This document shows positions 1 through 8,965 of a stretch of 14,675 nucleotides of DNA, piece after piece. This DNA is from Candidatus Micrarchaeia archaeon (GTDB lineage Archaea; Micrarchaeota; Micrarchaeia; Burarchaeales; JACRGF01). The position numbers and the translations under genes were made by a program. The notes under the pieces were generated by a model. It was not told the DNA's origin. It did no database searches and worked only from the letters and a program-made list of their open reading frames with translations. Every line of letters begins with the position of its first letter. Position 1 is the stretch's first letter. The stretch lies in NCBI GenBank assembly GCA_038870455.1, contig JAWCPB010000027.1, positions 1 to 14,675 of the forward strand, in the 5' to 3' direction.

Positions 1-291
1 AGCAAGTCCTGAATCTCTTGAGCCAAAATAGATGACTCTTTCAACATCAATTCGTTGTTCAGGATAGTTATATTCTGAAATTATCCTGCGGATAAATAAC
101 TGTCTTACTATTTCTTCAGGTTTTGCAGGTTTGTACTTATCTTTGATTTGACATTTAATAAAGAATTTGCCTTCTTTTTCAATTGTCAAATTTTCGACGA
201 AATCCAATTCGTTCTTAGAAAACAATGAAAGACCATATTTTACATCTGGTGCCGAGAATACTCTTTGAATTTTTTGATAATTGTTTGACAT
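1..291 (-). CDS. 5' part of a restriction-modification protein with an N-terminal type I HsdR_N-like nuclease domain (probably a fused restriction/N6-methylase enzyme); runs off the window edge
   Basis: Manual translation from ATG at 291 is open to position 1: MSNNYQKIQRVFSAPDVKYGLSLFSKNELDFVENLTIEKEGKFFIKCQIKDKYKPAKPEEIVRQLFIRRIISEYNYPEQRIDVERVIYFGSRDSGLA. The PEEIVRQ...YxYP..rI.VE..i.FG pattern is characteristic of HSDR_N_2-type domains. Hand-counted GC is 92/300 (~31%). Not in the supplied ORF track. Confidence 0.75.
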   Translation of the reverse strand, partial: MSNNYQKIQRVFSAPDVKYGLSLFSKNELDFVENLTIEKEGKFFIKCQIKDKYKPAKPEEIVRQLFIRRIISEYNYPEQRIDVERVIYFGSRDSGLA

Positions 292-325
292 TTTTATCTA
301 TCTCTCTTATTTAGTGGCCCCGCCA

Positions 326-333
326 TTTTTAAA
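326..333 (-). promoter_or_regulatory. Candidate archaeal TATA box (TTTAAAAA) for the R-M gene
   Basis: Minus strand reads GCAGG-TTTAAAAA-TGGCGGG, about 35 nt upstream of the ATG at 291. It is flanked by a short CCCGC/GCGGG inverted repeat (319-323/337-341). Confidence 0.35.
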
Positions 334-343
334 CCTGCGGGTT

Positions 344-985
344 TCAACCGCTTTCGGCTTTTTTCTCCAGCTTTTTCTTGATGACTTTGAGGGTGAAAAA
401 GCTTTCCCTCTCCATCTCATCGAGGCGGAAGAGAATGCTTTTGGCCTGCGACTGGAGGCGGGGAATGAGCACGTACTCCAGGGCATTCACGCGCCTCTTC
501 GTTTTCTCGATTTCACGGATGAGGCGCTTGAGCGCGTTCTCGGTCTCTGCGAGCTTGATGACCATGTCGAGCGCGTTCTCAAAGCCGGCCGCGGCCTCGT
601 CAATCTTCGCCGAAGAACCGAGCACGCCATAGCCCCGGTCGAAAAAACCCTTGTGAACCTCTTGGGCGGTCACGGAAGGAATCTTCACCCCCATGACGTT
701 GCGGACGGACACGCTGACCGCAGGCGCGCGCTTCACGGCAAGCGCGGCAGCCTCCAGCTCGTATACACCATGGTAGGCCTGCGCGATGGCAAGCGACTGA
801 AAAGCGCTGGCCATGCGCCGGTTGAGCTCTCCCCTCAAGTCCTTGGCCTTTTCGAGAATGCGGAAGAACTCGAGAATGAGCGCATCCCGTTTCTGCTTGA
901 GAAGCCGGTGGCCCTTTACAGCGAGCTTTATGCGCTCCTTGGCCTTGAGGAGCTCCATGCGCGTCGGGTTGAATTGCTCGGCCAT
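344..985 (-). CDS. atpD: A/V-type ATP synthase subunit D
   Basis: 213 aa with NPTRMELLK...GHRLLKQKRDAL and EIEKTKRRVNALEYVLIPRL motifs; last gene of the operon. Confidence 0.97.
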   Translation of the reverse strand: MAEQFNPTRMELLKAKERIKLAVKGHRLLKQKRDALILEFFRILEKAKDLRGELNRRMASAFQSLAIAQAYHGVYELEAAALAVKRAPAVSVSVRNVMGVKIPSVTAQEVHKGFFDRGYGVLGSSAKIDEAAAGFENALDMVIKLAETENALKRLIREIEKTKRRVNALEYVLIPRLQSQAKSILFRLDEMERESFFTLKVIKKKLEKKAESG

Positions 986-991
986 GCGAGG

Positions 992-2566
992 TCACTTCTT
1001 TTTCCCGGGCTTCGCCCCCTCTTTTTTCCCTTCCTTTTCCTCTTCTTTCCTGGCGGGAGCGGGCGCTGGCTTCGGGGCTTGCGACGGCGCGGCAGGCTTG
1101 CGGGCTTCGGCGTGAGGCCCGGCCGCCTTTGCCGCAGCGAGCCGGGCGGCAAAGCCTTCGCCGAGCTTCCTCTCCTTCTTCCAGACGGGCCTGCCGTACT
1201 TTTCGATGTGCTCGAGCTTGACCCTCTTCAGCTCGCTCTCGGGAATGCCGCTGAGAAGCTCCCAGCCCAGGTCGAGCGTGTAGTCAATGTTCCTGTCTTC
1301 GTACTTGCCCTGCTGGAGGAAACGCTGCTCGAACTCGTCGGCGAACTTCAGGAACTTGCGGTCCCGGTCGCTGAGAGCCTCCTCGCCCACGACAGCGCTC
1401 AACGAACGCAGGTCGCGGCCCTCCGCATACGCCGCGTACAGCTGGTCGGCCGCGCCCCTGTGGTCTTCCCTGGTCTTGCCCTTGCCTATGCCGAGGTTCA
1501 TGAGGCGCGAGAGGCACGGGAGGACGTCAATGGGCGGGTAGATGCCCCGCCTGTGAAGGTCCCTGCCGAGAACGATCTGGCCTTCGGTGATGTAGCCCGT
1601 GAGGTCGGGAATGGGGTGGGTGATGTCGTCGCCGGGCATGGAGAGAATGGAGAACTGCGTGATGGTCCCCTTCTTCCCCTTTATGACTCCGGCGCGCTCG
1701 TAGATGCTGGCCAGGTCTGTGTACATGTAGCCCGGGTAGCCGCGCCTGCCTGGAACTTCCTCGCGCGCGCTGGCGATCTCGCGCAGCGCCTCGCAGTAGT
1801 TCGTCATGTCGGTGAGTATGACGAGCACCTGCATGTCCTTTTGAAAGGCGAGGTACTCGGCCGCGGTGAGCGCCATGCGCGGGGTGATGAGGCGCTCGAC
1901 GGAGGGGTCGTCGGCCAGGTTCAGGAAGAGCACCGCGCGCTCGAGCGCGCCCGTCCTCTCAAAGTCGCGCATGAAGAAAGCCGCCTCCTCGTAAGTGATG
2001 CCCATGGCGGCGAACACGACCGCGAAGCTCTCGGCCTGGCCCAGCACTTTCGCCTGGCGGGCTATCTGCACCGCGATGTCGTTGTGGGGAAGGCCGCTTC
2101 CTGAGAATATGGGCAACTTCTGGCCGCGCACGAGCGTGTTCATGCCGTCAATGGCCGAGATGCCCGTCTGAATGAAGTCGCGCGGCGACTCGCGCGCCCA
2201 AGGGTTGATGGCGCTTCCTGAAATCTCCACCCTGTCCTCAGGAATGACCGGCGGCCCCTTGTCCCGCGGCTCGCCGAGGCCGTTGAAAACGCGCCCCAGC
2301 AGGTCGTCGGACACTCCCAGGCGCATGGTTTCCCCGAGGAAATGAACCCTCGTGGTGGGAACGTCAAGGCCTGCGGTGGGGCCGAAAATCTGGACGACGG
2401 CAAGGCCCTTGCTGGTCTCGAGAACCTGGCCCTTCCTGCGCTCTCCGCTTGGCAGGGTAATCTCAACGATTTCGTTGTACCCCACGTTCGAAACCCCTTC
2501 GACGAAGACGAGGGGGCCGGCGATTTCCTTCACGGTCTGGTACTCCTTTACAACATTCAGCGACAT
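992..2566 (-). CDS. atpB: A/V-type ATP synthase subunit B, with a Lys/Ala/Pro/Glu-rich C-terminal extension
   Basis: Motifs [54 protein letters not shown] and [16 protein letters not shown]. Start placed at ATG 2566 behind an SD-like GGGGGTG rather than at GTG 2575. Confidence 0.97.
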   Translation of the reverse strand: MSLNVVKEYQTVKEIAGPLVFVEGVSNVGYNEIVEITLPSGERRKGQVLETSKGLAVVQIFGPTAGLDVPTTRVHFLGETMRLGVSDDLLGRVFNGLGEPRDKGPPVIPEDRVEISGSAINPWARESPRDFIQTGISAIDGMNTLVRGQKLPIFSGSGLPHNDIAVQIARQAKVLGQAESFAVVFAAMGITYEEAAFFMRDFERTGALERAVLFLNLADDPSVERLITPRMALTAAEYLAFQKDMQVLVILTDMTNYCEALREIASAREEVPGRRGYPGYMYTDLASIYERAGVIKGKKGTITQFSILSMPGDDITHPIPDLTGYITEGQIVLGRDLHRRGIYPPIDVLPCLSRLMNLGIGKGKTREDHRGAADQLYAAYAEGRDLRSLSAVVGEEALSDRDRKFLKFADEFEQRFLQQGKYEDRNIDYTLDLGWELLSGIPESELKRVKLEHIEKYGRPVWKKERKLGEGFAARLAAAKAAGPHAEARKPAAPSQAPKPAPAPARKEEEKEGKKEGAKPGKKK

Positions 2567-2579
2567 GCTCAACACCCCC

Positions 2580-4343
2580 TCAGCCTGCCCCGTGTTCTTT
2601 GACGAGGCGGTCGAAAGCCTCCTCCACGCGCTTGAGAAGGGAGGACAGCTTTTCCTCGGCCTCCCTTTCGGGAATCTCCTTCATTCTCGCGATTTCGTCA
2701 AACACCTTGAGCTCGCTGATTTTCTTCAGCTGCACCCCGACGTCGATGGCGTGCATGGCCAGGTCGTGCGCGCGCATGAGAATCTTGAGCATGAGGTGCT
2801 GTTTCTTCAGGCTCGCGTAAGTGTCTATGTCGTGGTAGGCGCTCTGCTGCAGGAAGTCCTCGCGAATGCGCTTTGCGCTCGCGAGAATCGCCTGCTCCTT
2901 CTCGGGCAGGGCGTCGGGGCCCACGAGCTGGACGATTTCCTGCAGCTCCGCTTCCTTCTGAAGCAGGGCCATGGCCTTGTTCCTGTTGTCCAGGAAGTCG
3001 CTTGAGATGTTGCTGCCGAACCAGCCCTTCAGGCTCTCCAGGTAAAGCGAGTAGGAGCGCAGCCAGTGAATGGCTGGAAAGTGCCTCCTGTGGGCGAGCG
3101 AGGCGTCGAGCGCGAGGAAGACTTTCGTCACGCGCAGGGTGTTCTGCGACACCGGCTCGCTGATGTCCCCGCCCGGGGGCGACACCGCGCCGATCATCGT
3201 GACGCTGCCCATCCTCCTGTCCCTGCCCAGGCACACGACGCGGCCCGCGCGCTCGTAGAACTCGGCCAGCCTCCTCCCGAGGTAGGCGGGATAGCCTTCC
3301 TCCCCGGGCATTTCCTCAAGGCGGCCGCCTATCTCCCTCATCGCCTCGGCCCATCGCGAGGTGGAGTCGGCCATGAGGCTCACGTCATAACCCATGTCGC
3401 GGTAGTACTCGGCGATGGTCACGCCCGTGTAGACGCACGCCTCGCGGGCCGCCACGGGCATGTTGCTCGTGTTGGCGATGAGAATCGTCCTCATCATGAG
3501 AGGCTTTCGCGTGTGCGGGTCCTCGAGGTGCGGAAACTCTGTCAGCACTTCGGTCATCTCGTTGCCGCGCTCGCCGCAGCCGATGTACACGACTATCTGC
3601 GTGTCGGACCACTTGGCGAGCTGGTGCTGCGTGACTGTCTTGCCTGAGCCGAAAGGTCCCGGGATGCAGGCGGTGCCGCCTTTCGCGATGGGGAAGAAGG
3701 CGTCGACGATGCGCTGGCCTGTGACGAGCGGCGTGTCCGGGTCGAGCTTTTCCTGGTAAGGCCTGCGCACGCGCACCTGCCACTTCTGAAGCATCGGAAG
3801 GGAAACTTCTTTGCCGTGGTGCTTGAGGGTGGCGATGGGCTCGATGACGCCCGCCTTCGCCTCGCCTATCTCCGTTATCTCGCCCTCCACGCCGGGCGGA
3901 ACGAGTATCCTGTGAATGATGGTCTCGGTTTCCTGCACAGTGCCGAGAATGTCCCCGCCCACGACGTGCGTTTTTTTCTTCGCGAGGGGGACGAAGCTCC
4001 ACTTGCGCTTCTTGTCAATGGGCGGAACGCTCACGCCCCGCGCGATGAAGTCGCCGCTCGCCTCGCGGATGAGCTTCAGCGGCCTCTGGATGCCGTCGTA
4101 AATGGAGGTGAGCAGGCCCGGAGCAAGCTCGACGCTCAGCGGCTCGCCCGTGTTGACGACTTTCTCGCCCGGCTTGAGCCCGCTCGTGTCTTCATAAACC
4201 TGAATGACTGCCTTCTTCCCGCTGAGGCGAATGATTTCGCCTATGAGCGCGCCCTCCCCCACGCGCACCACGTCATACATTTTGGCGCCCGCCATGTCGT
4301 CCGCCACGACCACGGGCCCGGAGATTTTAGACAGCACTCCCAT
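2580..4343 (-). CDS. atpA: A/V-type ATP synthase catalytic subunit A (no intein)
   Basis: 587 aa with P-loop [31 protein letters not shown] and [18 protein letters not shown] upstream. Confidence 0.98.
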   Translation of the reverse strand: MGVLSKISGPVVVADDMAGAKMYDVVRVGEGALIGEIIRLSGKKAVIQVYEDTSGLKPGEKVVNTGEPLSVELAPGLLTSIYDGIQRPLKLIREASGDFIARGVSVPPIDKKRKWSFVPLAKKKTHVVGGDILGTVQETETIIHRILVPPGVEGEITEIGEAKAGVIEPIATLKHHGKEVSLPMLQKWQVRVRRPYQEKLDPDTPLVTGQRIVDAFFPIAKGGTACIPGPFGSGKTVTQHQLAKWSDTQIVVYIGCGERGNEMTEVLTEFPHLEDPHTRKPLMMRTILIANTSNMPVAAREACVYTGVTIAEYYRDMGYDVSLMADSTSRWAEAMREIGGRLEEMPGEEGYPAYLGRRLAEFYERAGRVVCLGRDRRMGSVTMIGAVSPPGGDISEPVSQNTLRVTKVFLALDASLAHRRHFPAIHWLRSYSLYLESLKGWFGSNISSDFLDNRNKAMALLQKEAELQEIVQLVGPDALPEKEQAILASAKRIREDFLQQSAYHDIDTYASLKKQHLMLKILMRAHDLAMHAIDVGVQLKKISELKVFDEIARMKEIPEREAEEKLSSLLKRVEEAFDRLVKEHGAG

Positions 4344-4351
4344 GCAATCAC

Positions 4352-4672
4352 CTATTTTATCAGTTCAAAGCCGAGCGCGCGTTTGACGAGCGCCTTAAGC
4401 GAGGCGGCCTCGACGACCTCTCCCCTGTAGTTCGGCACGGCGATTACCGTCGGCTTGGCCAGCCCGTCAATGCGTTTCCTGAGCCTCCAGTCCATGCCGG
4501 CAAGGAGGCTCTCGTTGATGACCACGATGCCGACATCGGGCCTGGCTAGTAGCTCCTCAAGCTTCCTCTCTGCTTCTTTCCCGCTCGCGGCATAGGCTTC
4601 GCTCACGCCCGCCAGGCGGAAGCCCGCCACAGTGGGCGCGTCCCCGACTACAACGATTTTCTCGGTCTCCAC
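4352..4672 (-). CDS. atpF: A/V-type ATP synthase subunit F
   Basis: 106 aa, GTG start; [17 protein letters not shown] and [10 protein letters not shown] motifs; lies between C and A. Confidence 0.94.
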   Translation of the reverse strand: METEKIVVVGDAPTVAGFRLAGVSEAYAASGKEAERKLEELLARPDVGIVVINESLLAGMDWRLRKRIDGLAKPTVIAVPNYRGEVVEAASLKALVKRALGFELIK

Positions 4673-4676
4673 GCCA

Positions 4677-5723
4677 TCAACCGACGACGTAAATCATTTC
4701 TTCAACCTTTTCTCGCGGAAGCTCATACTCCTTTCCGCGGACTATCTTGCGGATGTTCCCGACCTCCATCTCCTTGAGGTAGAGGAAGCTGAGGATGGCT
4801 GCAAGCGACAGCACGGCCAGGCGCATGGTCTTCACAACGCGCCGCATGACGGCTTTTTCCAAAGCGATTTCGAAATGGGCGACGTGGCCCGTCGCGGCGT
4901 ATTTCGCGAGCGCATCCGAAAAGTCGGCCCGCGCGGCCTTCTGGAGGAGGGCGGCCGCGCTCTTGACGTCAGCCGCGGCGGCCGCTTCCTCGAGAACCGC
5001 TTTCCCCAGGCTCCCGCCGGAAATCAGCAGCTCGACAATCTTTTCAGCCGGCACGCCGGCGGACTTGGCGCGCAGGATTGTGGAGATGTTTTTTGCATCC
5101 ATTTCGCTGTTGATGAGCGCCGCAACCGCGGGCTCGTCAGTAATCCCCGCGCTCTGAGCCAGGTTGGTGAAGTAAAACCTGTCAAGCGCGTTCAGGAGGA
5201 GCAGGATGTCGCGCGAGGCCGCGTACTCTTTGAGAAGCGGGGCGAGCTCGCCCTGGTACTCCGGCTCGAGCTCTCCGACGAGGGAGGGAACGTCTTTCGC
5301 CTGCAGCAGGCGGGCGAGCCTGCCGGCAGGCCCCAGGCCCACGAGGCGGCCCTGCAGCGCGGCGGCCGGCTCGCCGGCGTGCTTTGCGACCAGAAGCGTT
5401 TTCAAGTCGCTCACGTCCCACCTGCGCAGCAGCCTCCACAGAACCTCCCGGCCCTGCGGGGGGGAAATGCGCAGCAGCTTGTTCGCCGTCCTGAGGAGAT
5501 TGCGCGAAAGCGCCCTTTCCACGAGCTCTGCACCCGCGTAAGCCGCCGACAAGGCGGTGACGTCCTCCCTGTAGGGAGTGTCCTGCAGGAGCTCTGCGAC
5601 CTCGCCGGGAGTCCTCACGCTCACCATCTCCCTTATTTTAGCCGCAGGAAGCAGCAGGGCCTTCATGGCCTTCGTCCTCGCGTTCGCATACCCGTACACG
5701 AGCGCGCGTTTGACCAACAGCAT
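4677..5723 (-). CDS. atpC: A/V-type ATP synthase subunit C (AC39/d family)
   Basis: YGYANARTKAMKALLL at the N-terminus and YLKEMEVGNIRKIVRGK near the C-terminus. Start set at ATG 5723, just after the atpE stop (348 aa). Confidence 0.92.
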   Translation of the reverse strand: MLLVKRALVYGYANARTKAMKALLLPAAKIREMVSVRTPGEVAELLQDTPYREDVTALSAAYAGAELVERALSRNLLRTANKLLRISPPQGREVLWRLLRRWDVSDLKTLLVAKHAGEPAAALQGRLVGLGPAGRLARLLQAKDVPSLVGELEPEYQGELAPLLKEYAASRDILLLLNALDRFYFTNLAQSAGITDEPAVAALINSEMDAKNISTILRAKSAGVPAEKIVELLISGGSLGKAVLEEAAAAADVKSAAALLQKAARADFSDALAKYAATGHVAHFEIALEKAVMRRVVKTMRLAVLSLAAILSFLYLKEMEVGNIRKIVRGKEYELPREKVEEMIYVVG

Positions 5724-5731
5724 GCAACCAA

Positions 5732-6313
5732 CTATTTGAAGAGCGAGGCGAAGGCGAGCTTGCGGACGCCTTCCCTCGCGCCCTCCATGACCGCGGCGAA
5801 AGACGCGTCGCACCTCACCCGCCCGTCCTGGGAAGCCACGACAGCCCCGCCCAGCACATCGACGGGTTTGGGGGAAAGCGCCGCGGGAATTTTTTTCTCT
5901 GCAATGATTTTCTTGGCAAGCGGGTAGTCTTCTTTGGAAACGAAGACGACGGCGTCCCCGCCGATTTCCTTCACTCCCGCGCGGATGGCGCGCTCGAGGA
6001 AGCCGGCGTACTCCTTTTTTTTCCTGAAGGCCGCGAGCTCCCTCCAGGCTTCCTCCTCGACAGCGGCCAGCACCTCCTCGCGGGCCGCGGCGAGAATGAG
6101 CTTGGACTCGAGCCTCGCGGTCGAAAGGCGTTCCCTCTCCTCCCGCGCGAGAGCCTCGGCCGCCTCCTTCCTGGCCGCGTCAATAGCCTCTTCCTTCTTT
6201 CTCTCGGCCTGGGAGATTATCTCACGCGCTTCGGCCTCGGCCTTCCTCCGCACGGCCCGGGCTTCCTCTTCCGCCTTGCGCAGAATCTCCTGCTTAAGCT
6301 CTTCAAGACCCAT
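5732..6313 (-). CDS. atpE: A/V-type ATP synthase subunit E
   Basis: MGLEELKQEIL coiled-coil N-terminus and LGGAVVASQDGRVRCDASF C-terminal motif. Start at ATG 6313 with SD GGAGG (193 aa). Confidence 0.92.
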   Translation of the reverse strand: MGLEELKQEILRKAEEEARAVRRKAEAEAREIISQAERKKEEAIDAARKEAAEALAREERERLSTARLESKLILAAAREEVLAAVEEEAWRELAAFRKKKEYAGFLERAIRAGVKEIGGDAVVFVSKEDYPLAKKIIAEKKIPAALSPKPVDVLGGAVVASQDGRVRCDASFAAVMEGAREGVRKLAFASLFK

Positions 6314-6383
6314 CAGAACCCTCCAGCGGGTTCCGATACCCCCTAGCAACCACAGGCTGGGAGGAATCGCGATTCCCGTGGCT
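6312..6383 (-). promoter_or_regulatory. Structured atpK-atpE intergenic RNA: two stem-loops, the second sequestering the atpE RBS and start
   Basis: mRNA hairpin AUCGGAACCC-GCUGGA-GGGUUCUGAU (6337->6312; 10 bp with one G-U) overlaps GGAGGG and the AU of AUG. Upstream is the stem AGCCACGGG/CCUGUGGUU and the perfect palindrome GGAATCGCGATTCC (6363-6376). Confidence 0.5.
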
Positions 6384-6384
6384 T

Positions 6385-6639
6385 CTACTCGGCTGCAAGC
6401 GCTCCCTGGCCGAGCCACAGCAGCGTGAGTATGGCGATGACGAACGAGAAGATCACGATGGTCTCGGGAATGACGAGGTACAGCAGCACGTTCCCCGAAA
6501 CCTCGGGCTTCTCGCTTATCGCCCCGACGCCCGCGCTTCCGATGGCGCTCTGCACCATGGCTGTTGCGAAAGCGCCCCCCGCCATGGCTATGCTCGCGCC
6601 GATGGCCACGAGCCCGATGCCGATTCCTACTTCAACCAC
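6385..6639 (-). CDS. atpK: A/V-type ATP synthase proteolipid subunit K (c), single hairpin
   Basis: 84 aa with two hydrophobic helices, loop AISEKPE, and the ion-binding Glu in LVIPETIVIF; GTG start with SD GAGGTG. Confidence 0.95.
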   Translation of the reverse strand: MVEVGIGIGLVAIGASIAMAGGAFATAMVQSAIGSAGVGAISEKPEVSGNVLLYLVIPETIVIFSFVIAILTLLWLGQGALAAE

Positions 6640-6655
6640 TCAAACCACCTCTTTA

Positions 6656-8521
6656 TCACGACCTTTTTTCTACAGTGTATTTCCTCTCGCACTTGAAGGG
6701 AGCGAACGCAACCCCGCCTCCCTCAAGGAATTTGGTGAATTGCTCCACGTAATGCAGCCTTGAGCCCTGCACGAAAGGCTCGAAAATGCCGAGCCCCAGG
6801 TTCAGGGCATGCCCGGCCACCCAGATGGGGGCGAACAGCAGCACGAACGGCCCTTGGCTTAAATCAGGCTTGAAAATATTTAAAACCAGCGCGAGCGCCA
6901 GCGAGGAAAGCCCGACCGCGGCCATCCGCGCGTAAGAGAGCGTGTTGCCGATGAGGCCCGGAATCTCGACCGCGCCGTACATTCCCTCGCCGAAAAGGAT
7001 AACGGTGATGGACAGCGCGCTCACGATTCCACCGGCGGCCAGCGCGGCGCTTCCCCCGCCGTAGGCCACCCCGTAGAAGAGCAGCGCGCCGCCCGCTTCG
7101 AGCGCAATCCACGCCAGCTTTGCGGCCGCGTGCCGGTAATTCCGGTGCTCCCACGCCTTCAGGAAGCCCAGGAAAAAGCCAACCGCGAGATGCACCGCGC
7201 CGAAGACTATCGTGATGAGCAGCAGCAGGGTGATGTTCTCAAGCCTCGACATGAGGGAAGGCCACTCGAAGCCCAGCGCCTCGCCGAAAGCCAGGCCGAA
7301 GACGATGCTCCAGAGGCCTGCTGGAATGAGCACGAAGGAAAACCTCTTCAGCAGGCCGCTCGCCCTCCAGTAGCCGGCCAAGCCGAGAGCGAGCACGAGC
7401 GCGCCATAGCCTGCATCCCCAAGCATGAGGCCGTAGAGAACAGGAAACATCACCGCATACACGGTTGTCGGGTCGAACTCGTTGCTTTTCGGAAGCGAGA
7501 CGAAAGTGGCGAGGTCCTCGAAGTTCCGAATGGGGCCCGGGTTGGCGAGCGCGGTGGGGGGAAGCTCCCTCGCGGAAATCCTTTCGACAAGCGCCTTTCC
7601 CCTGGCCGCCTTTTCTACCGCGCGCTGCACGGCCGCGAGGTCGCTTTCCTTCACCCACCCCTCCACGACGAAAACGTTTTCCGTCTTGCCAAAGCGCGCC
7701 GCGACCTCGGCCCGCCTCGCCTCTATCTCAAGCGCTTCCCTTACCGGCACGAGCTCGCGCCAGAGGTTTTCGTAAAGCGCACGCGCCTCCTCCTCGAGCC
7801 TGCCCCTTTCCTCCATCGTGGCGTGAAGCTCGTTGCGCAATCCGGCGATGTAGGAAGCCGGCCTGGCCATGCCCTCGGGAACGACTATCCGGGCAAAGCC
7901 GGCGTGCGCGAGGGCCTTGAGCGCTGCCGCGCTCTTCTCCTCGCCCACGACAAGCACGATGCTCTCCCTGCCCTCAAACAGCCTGTGGACAAGCTCGCAC
8001 TTTCCTCCAACTTCCCTGTCCAGCGCGCCCTTCAGCGCCGCGAACGCGGGCCCCGGAATGGTTCCGGCAAAAACCTCGACGCGCGGGCAAGCCAGCTTCG
8101 AGAAATCTATTTCAAAGCCCTGAAGCGGCTTGAGCGCCGCAATCTCCTCCCGCAGCCTGTTTTCCCTTTCCCTCGCGGCCTCGATTTTCCTGGCGAGCTT
8201 GAAGGGCTTTTCATCCGCGTTAATCCTCTTGGCCTTTTCCAAAGCCTCTTCAAACGAAAGAGGCTTGGGGCTGGGGGGTTCGTGTTTTCCGAGAATGCCC
8301 TCGAGCCCCCTGAGCTTTACGAGAGCGTCGCTAATCGCGGCAAACCTCTCGAGAGGCGCGGCCTGCTCGATGACTCCCTCGTACTCTCTCAGGCTCTTTC
8401 CGATGTCTTCAACCTGCACGGCCCCGAGGTTGTGAAGCGAGCGGATGACTTCGCCAATGCAGTCCCTCGCGCCGATTACGCGAACGCGCGCCATGCTGGC
8501 GGGCTTCAGCAACTCACTCAC
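6656..8521 (-). CDS. atpI: A/V-type ATP synthase subunit I (a)
   Basis: 621 aa; LLKPASMARVRV N-terminus, PPTALAN, YGLMLGDAGYG, essential Arg in LSYARMAAVGL, and RLHYVEQFTKF. Its GTG start overlaps the end of atpH. Confidence 0.96.
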   Translation of the reverse strand: MSELLKPASMARVRVIGARDCIGEVIRSLHNLGAVQVEDIGKSLREYEGVIEQAAPLERFAAISDALVKLRGLEGILGKHEPPSPKPLSFEEALEKAKRINADEKPFKLARKIEAARERENRLREEIAALKPLQGFEIDFSKLACPRVEVFAGTIPGPAFAALKGALDREVGGKCELVHRLFEGRESIVLVVGEEKSAAALKALAHAGFARIVVPEGMARPASYIAGLRNELHATMEERGRLEEEARALYENLWRELVPVREALEIEARRAEVAARFGKTENVFVVEGWVKESDLAAVQRAVEKAARGKALVERISARELPPTALANPGPIRNFEDLATFVSLPKSNEFDPTTVYAVMFPVLYGLMLGDAGYGALVLALGLAGYWRASGLLKRFSFVLIPAGLWSIVFGLAFGEALGFEWPSLMSRLENITLLLLITIVFGAVHLAVGFFLGFLKAWEHRNYRHAAAKLAWIALEAGGALLFYGVAYGGGSAALAAGGIVSALSITVILFGEGMYGAVEIPGLIGNTLSYARMAAVGLSSLALALVLNIFKPDLSQGPFVLLFAPIWVAGHALNLGLGIFEPFVQGSRLHYVEQFTKFLEGGGVAFAPFKCERKYTVEKRS

Positions 8522-8858
8522 CCTTGAAGAACTTTCGCACCACGGCCTCGGCGGCCGCCTTCACCTTTCCCCCGGCCTTTTCCTTCACCTTGCCGGCATC
8601 CTTCCTCGCCTCTGCGAGAATGCGCTCGACCTCCTTCTCTACGGCCGCGCGGCCCTCCCGGTATGCCTTGTCCTTGGCCTCGCGCGCCATGCCCTCGCCC
8701 TCGTCGAGAATCTGCTCGGCCTTCTTCCTCGCGGCGAGCAGAATGGCTTCCCTCTCGCGCTGGGCATTTTCAAGAAGCAGTTTGGCCTTCTCTTCCGCGG
8801 CCCGCAGCTCGAGCACGCTCTTCTCAAGCCTCTTCTCGGCCGCCGCTTCCGCTTCCAT
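8514..8858 (-). CDS. atpH: A-type ATP synthase peripheral stalk subunit H (G-like)
   Basis: 114 aa Ala/Glu/Lys/Arg-rich coiled coil; first gene of the operon, directly upstream of and overlapping atpI. Confidence 0.82.
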   Translation of the reverse strand: MEAEAAAEKRLEKSVLELRAAEEKAKLLLENAQREREAILLAARKKAEQILDEGEGMAREAKDKAYREGRAAVEKEVERILAEARKDAGKVKEKAGGKVKAAAEAVVRKFFKGE

Positions 8859-8879
8859 ACCGCGTTTTTTCTCCTCAGA

Positions 8880-8918
8880 TTATTAAACGTTTGGCTCGCG
8901 CGGCGCAACCTATATAAA
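8880..8918. promoter_or_regulatory. Divergent archaeal promoter region between the ATP synthase and rpl7ae operons
   Basis: Minus-strand CCAAACG-TTTAATAA (8887->8880) lies ~22 nt before the atpH ATG. Plus-strand CGCAACC-TATATAAA (8911-8918) also reads TTTATATA on the minus strand. These are the only AT-rich boxes in a GC-rich spacer. Confidence 0.65.
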
Positions 8919-8965
8919 TTCTTGATTCCCCAAGAACACCAGGGTTTGCGCTGGTTTTACAACCA

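Noticed and set aside
319..341. CCCGC/GCGGG hairpin as terminator of the ATP synthase operon
   Set aside because: Only a 5-bp stem with a 13-nt loop and no U-tract following on the minus strand; too weak to call.
281..2104. 607-aa plus-strand ORF, and similar long ORFs at 4632-5927 and 7130-8527
   Set aside because: Antisense shadows of atpB/atpD, atpC and atpI; expected in GC-rich coding DNA and lacking recognisable motifs.
2580..4343. Possible intein in AtpA, a known insertion hotspot after the P-loop
   Set aside because: The length is a normal 587 aa and the sequence is continuous through [14 protein letters not shown].
5724..5813. Extended starts for atpC (5813) and atpE (6418)
   Set aside because: They overlap upstream genes; family-typical N-termini begin at 5723 and 6313.
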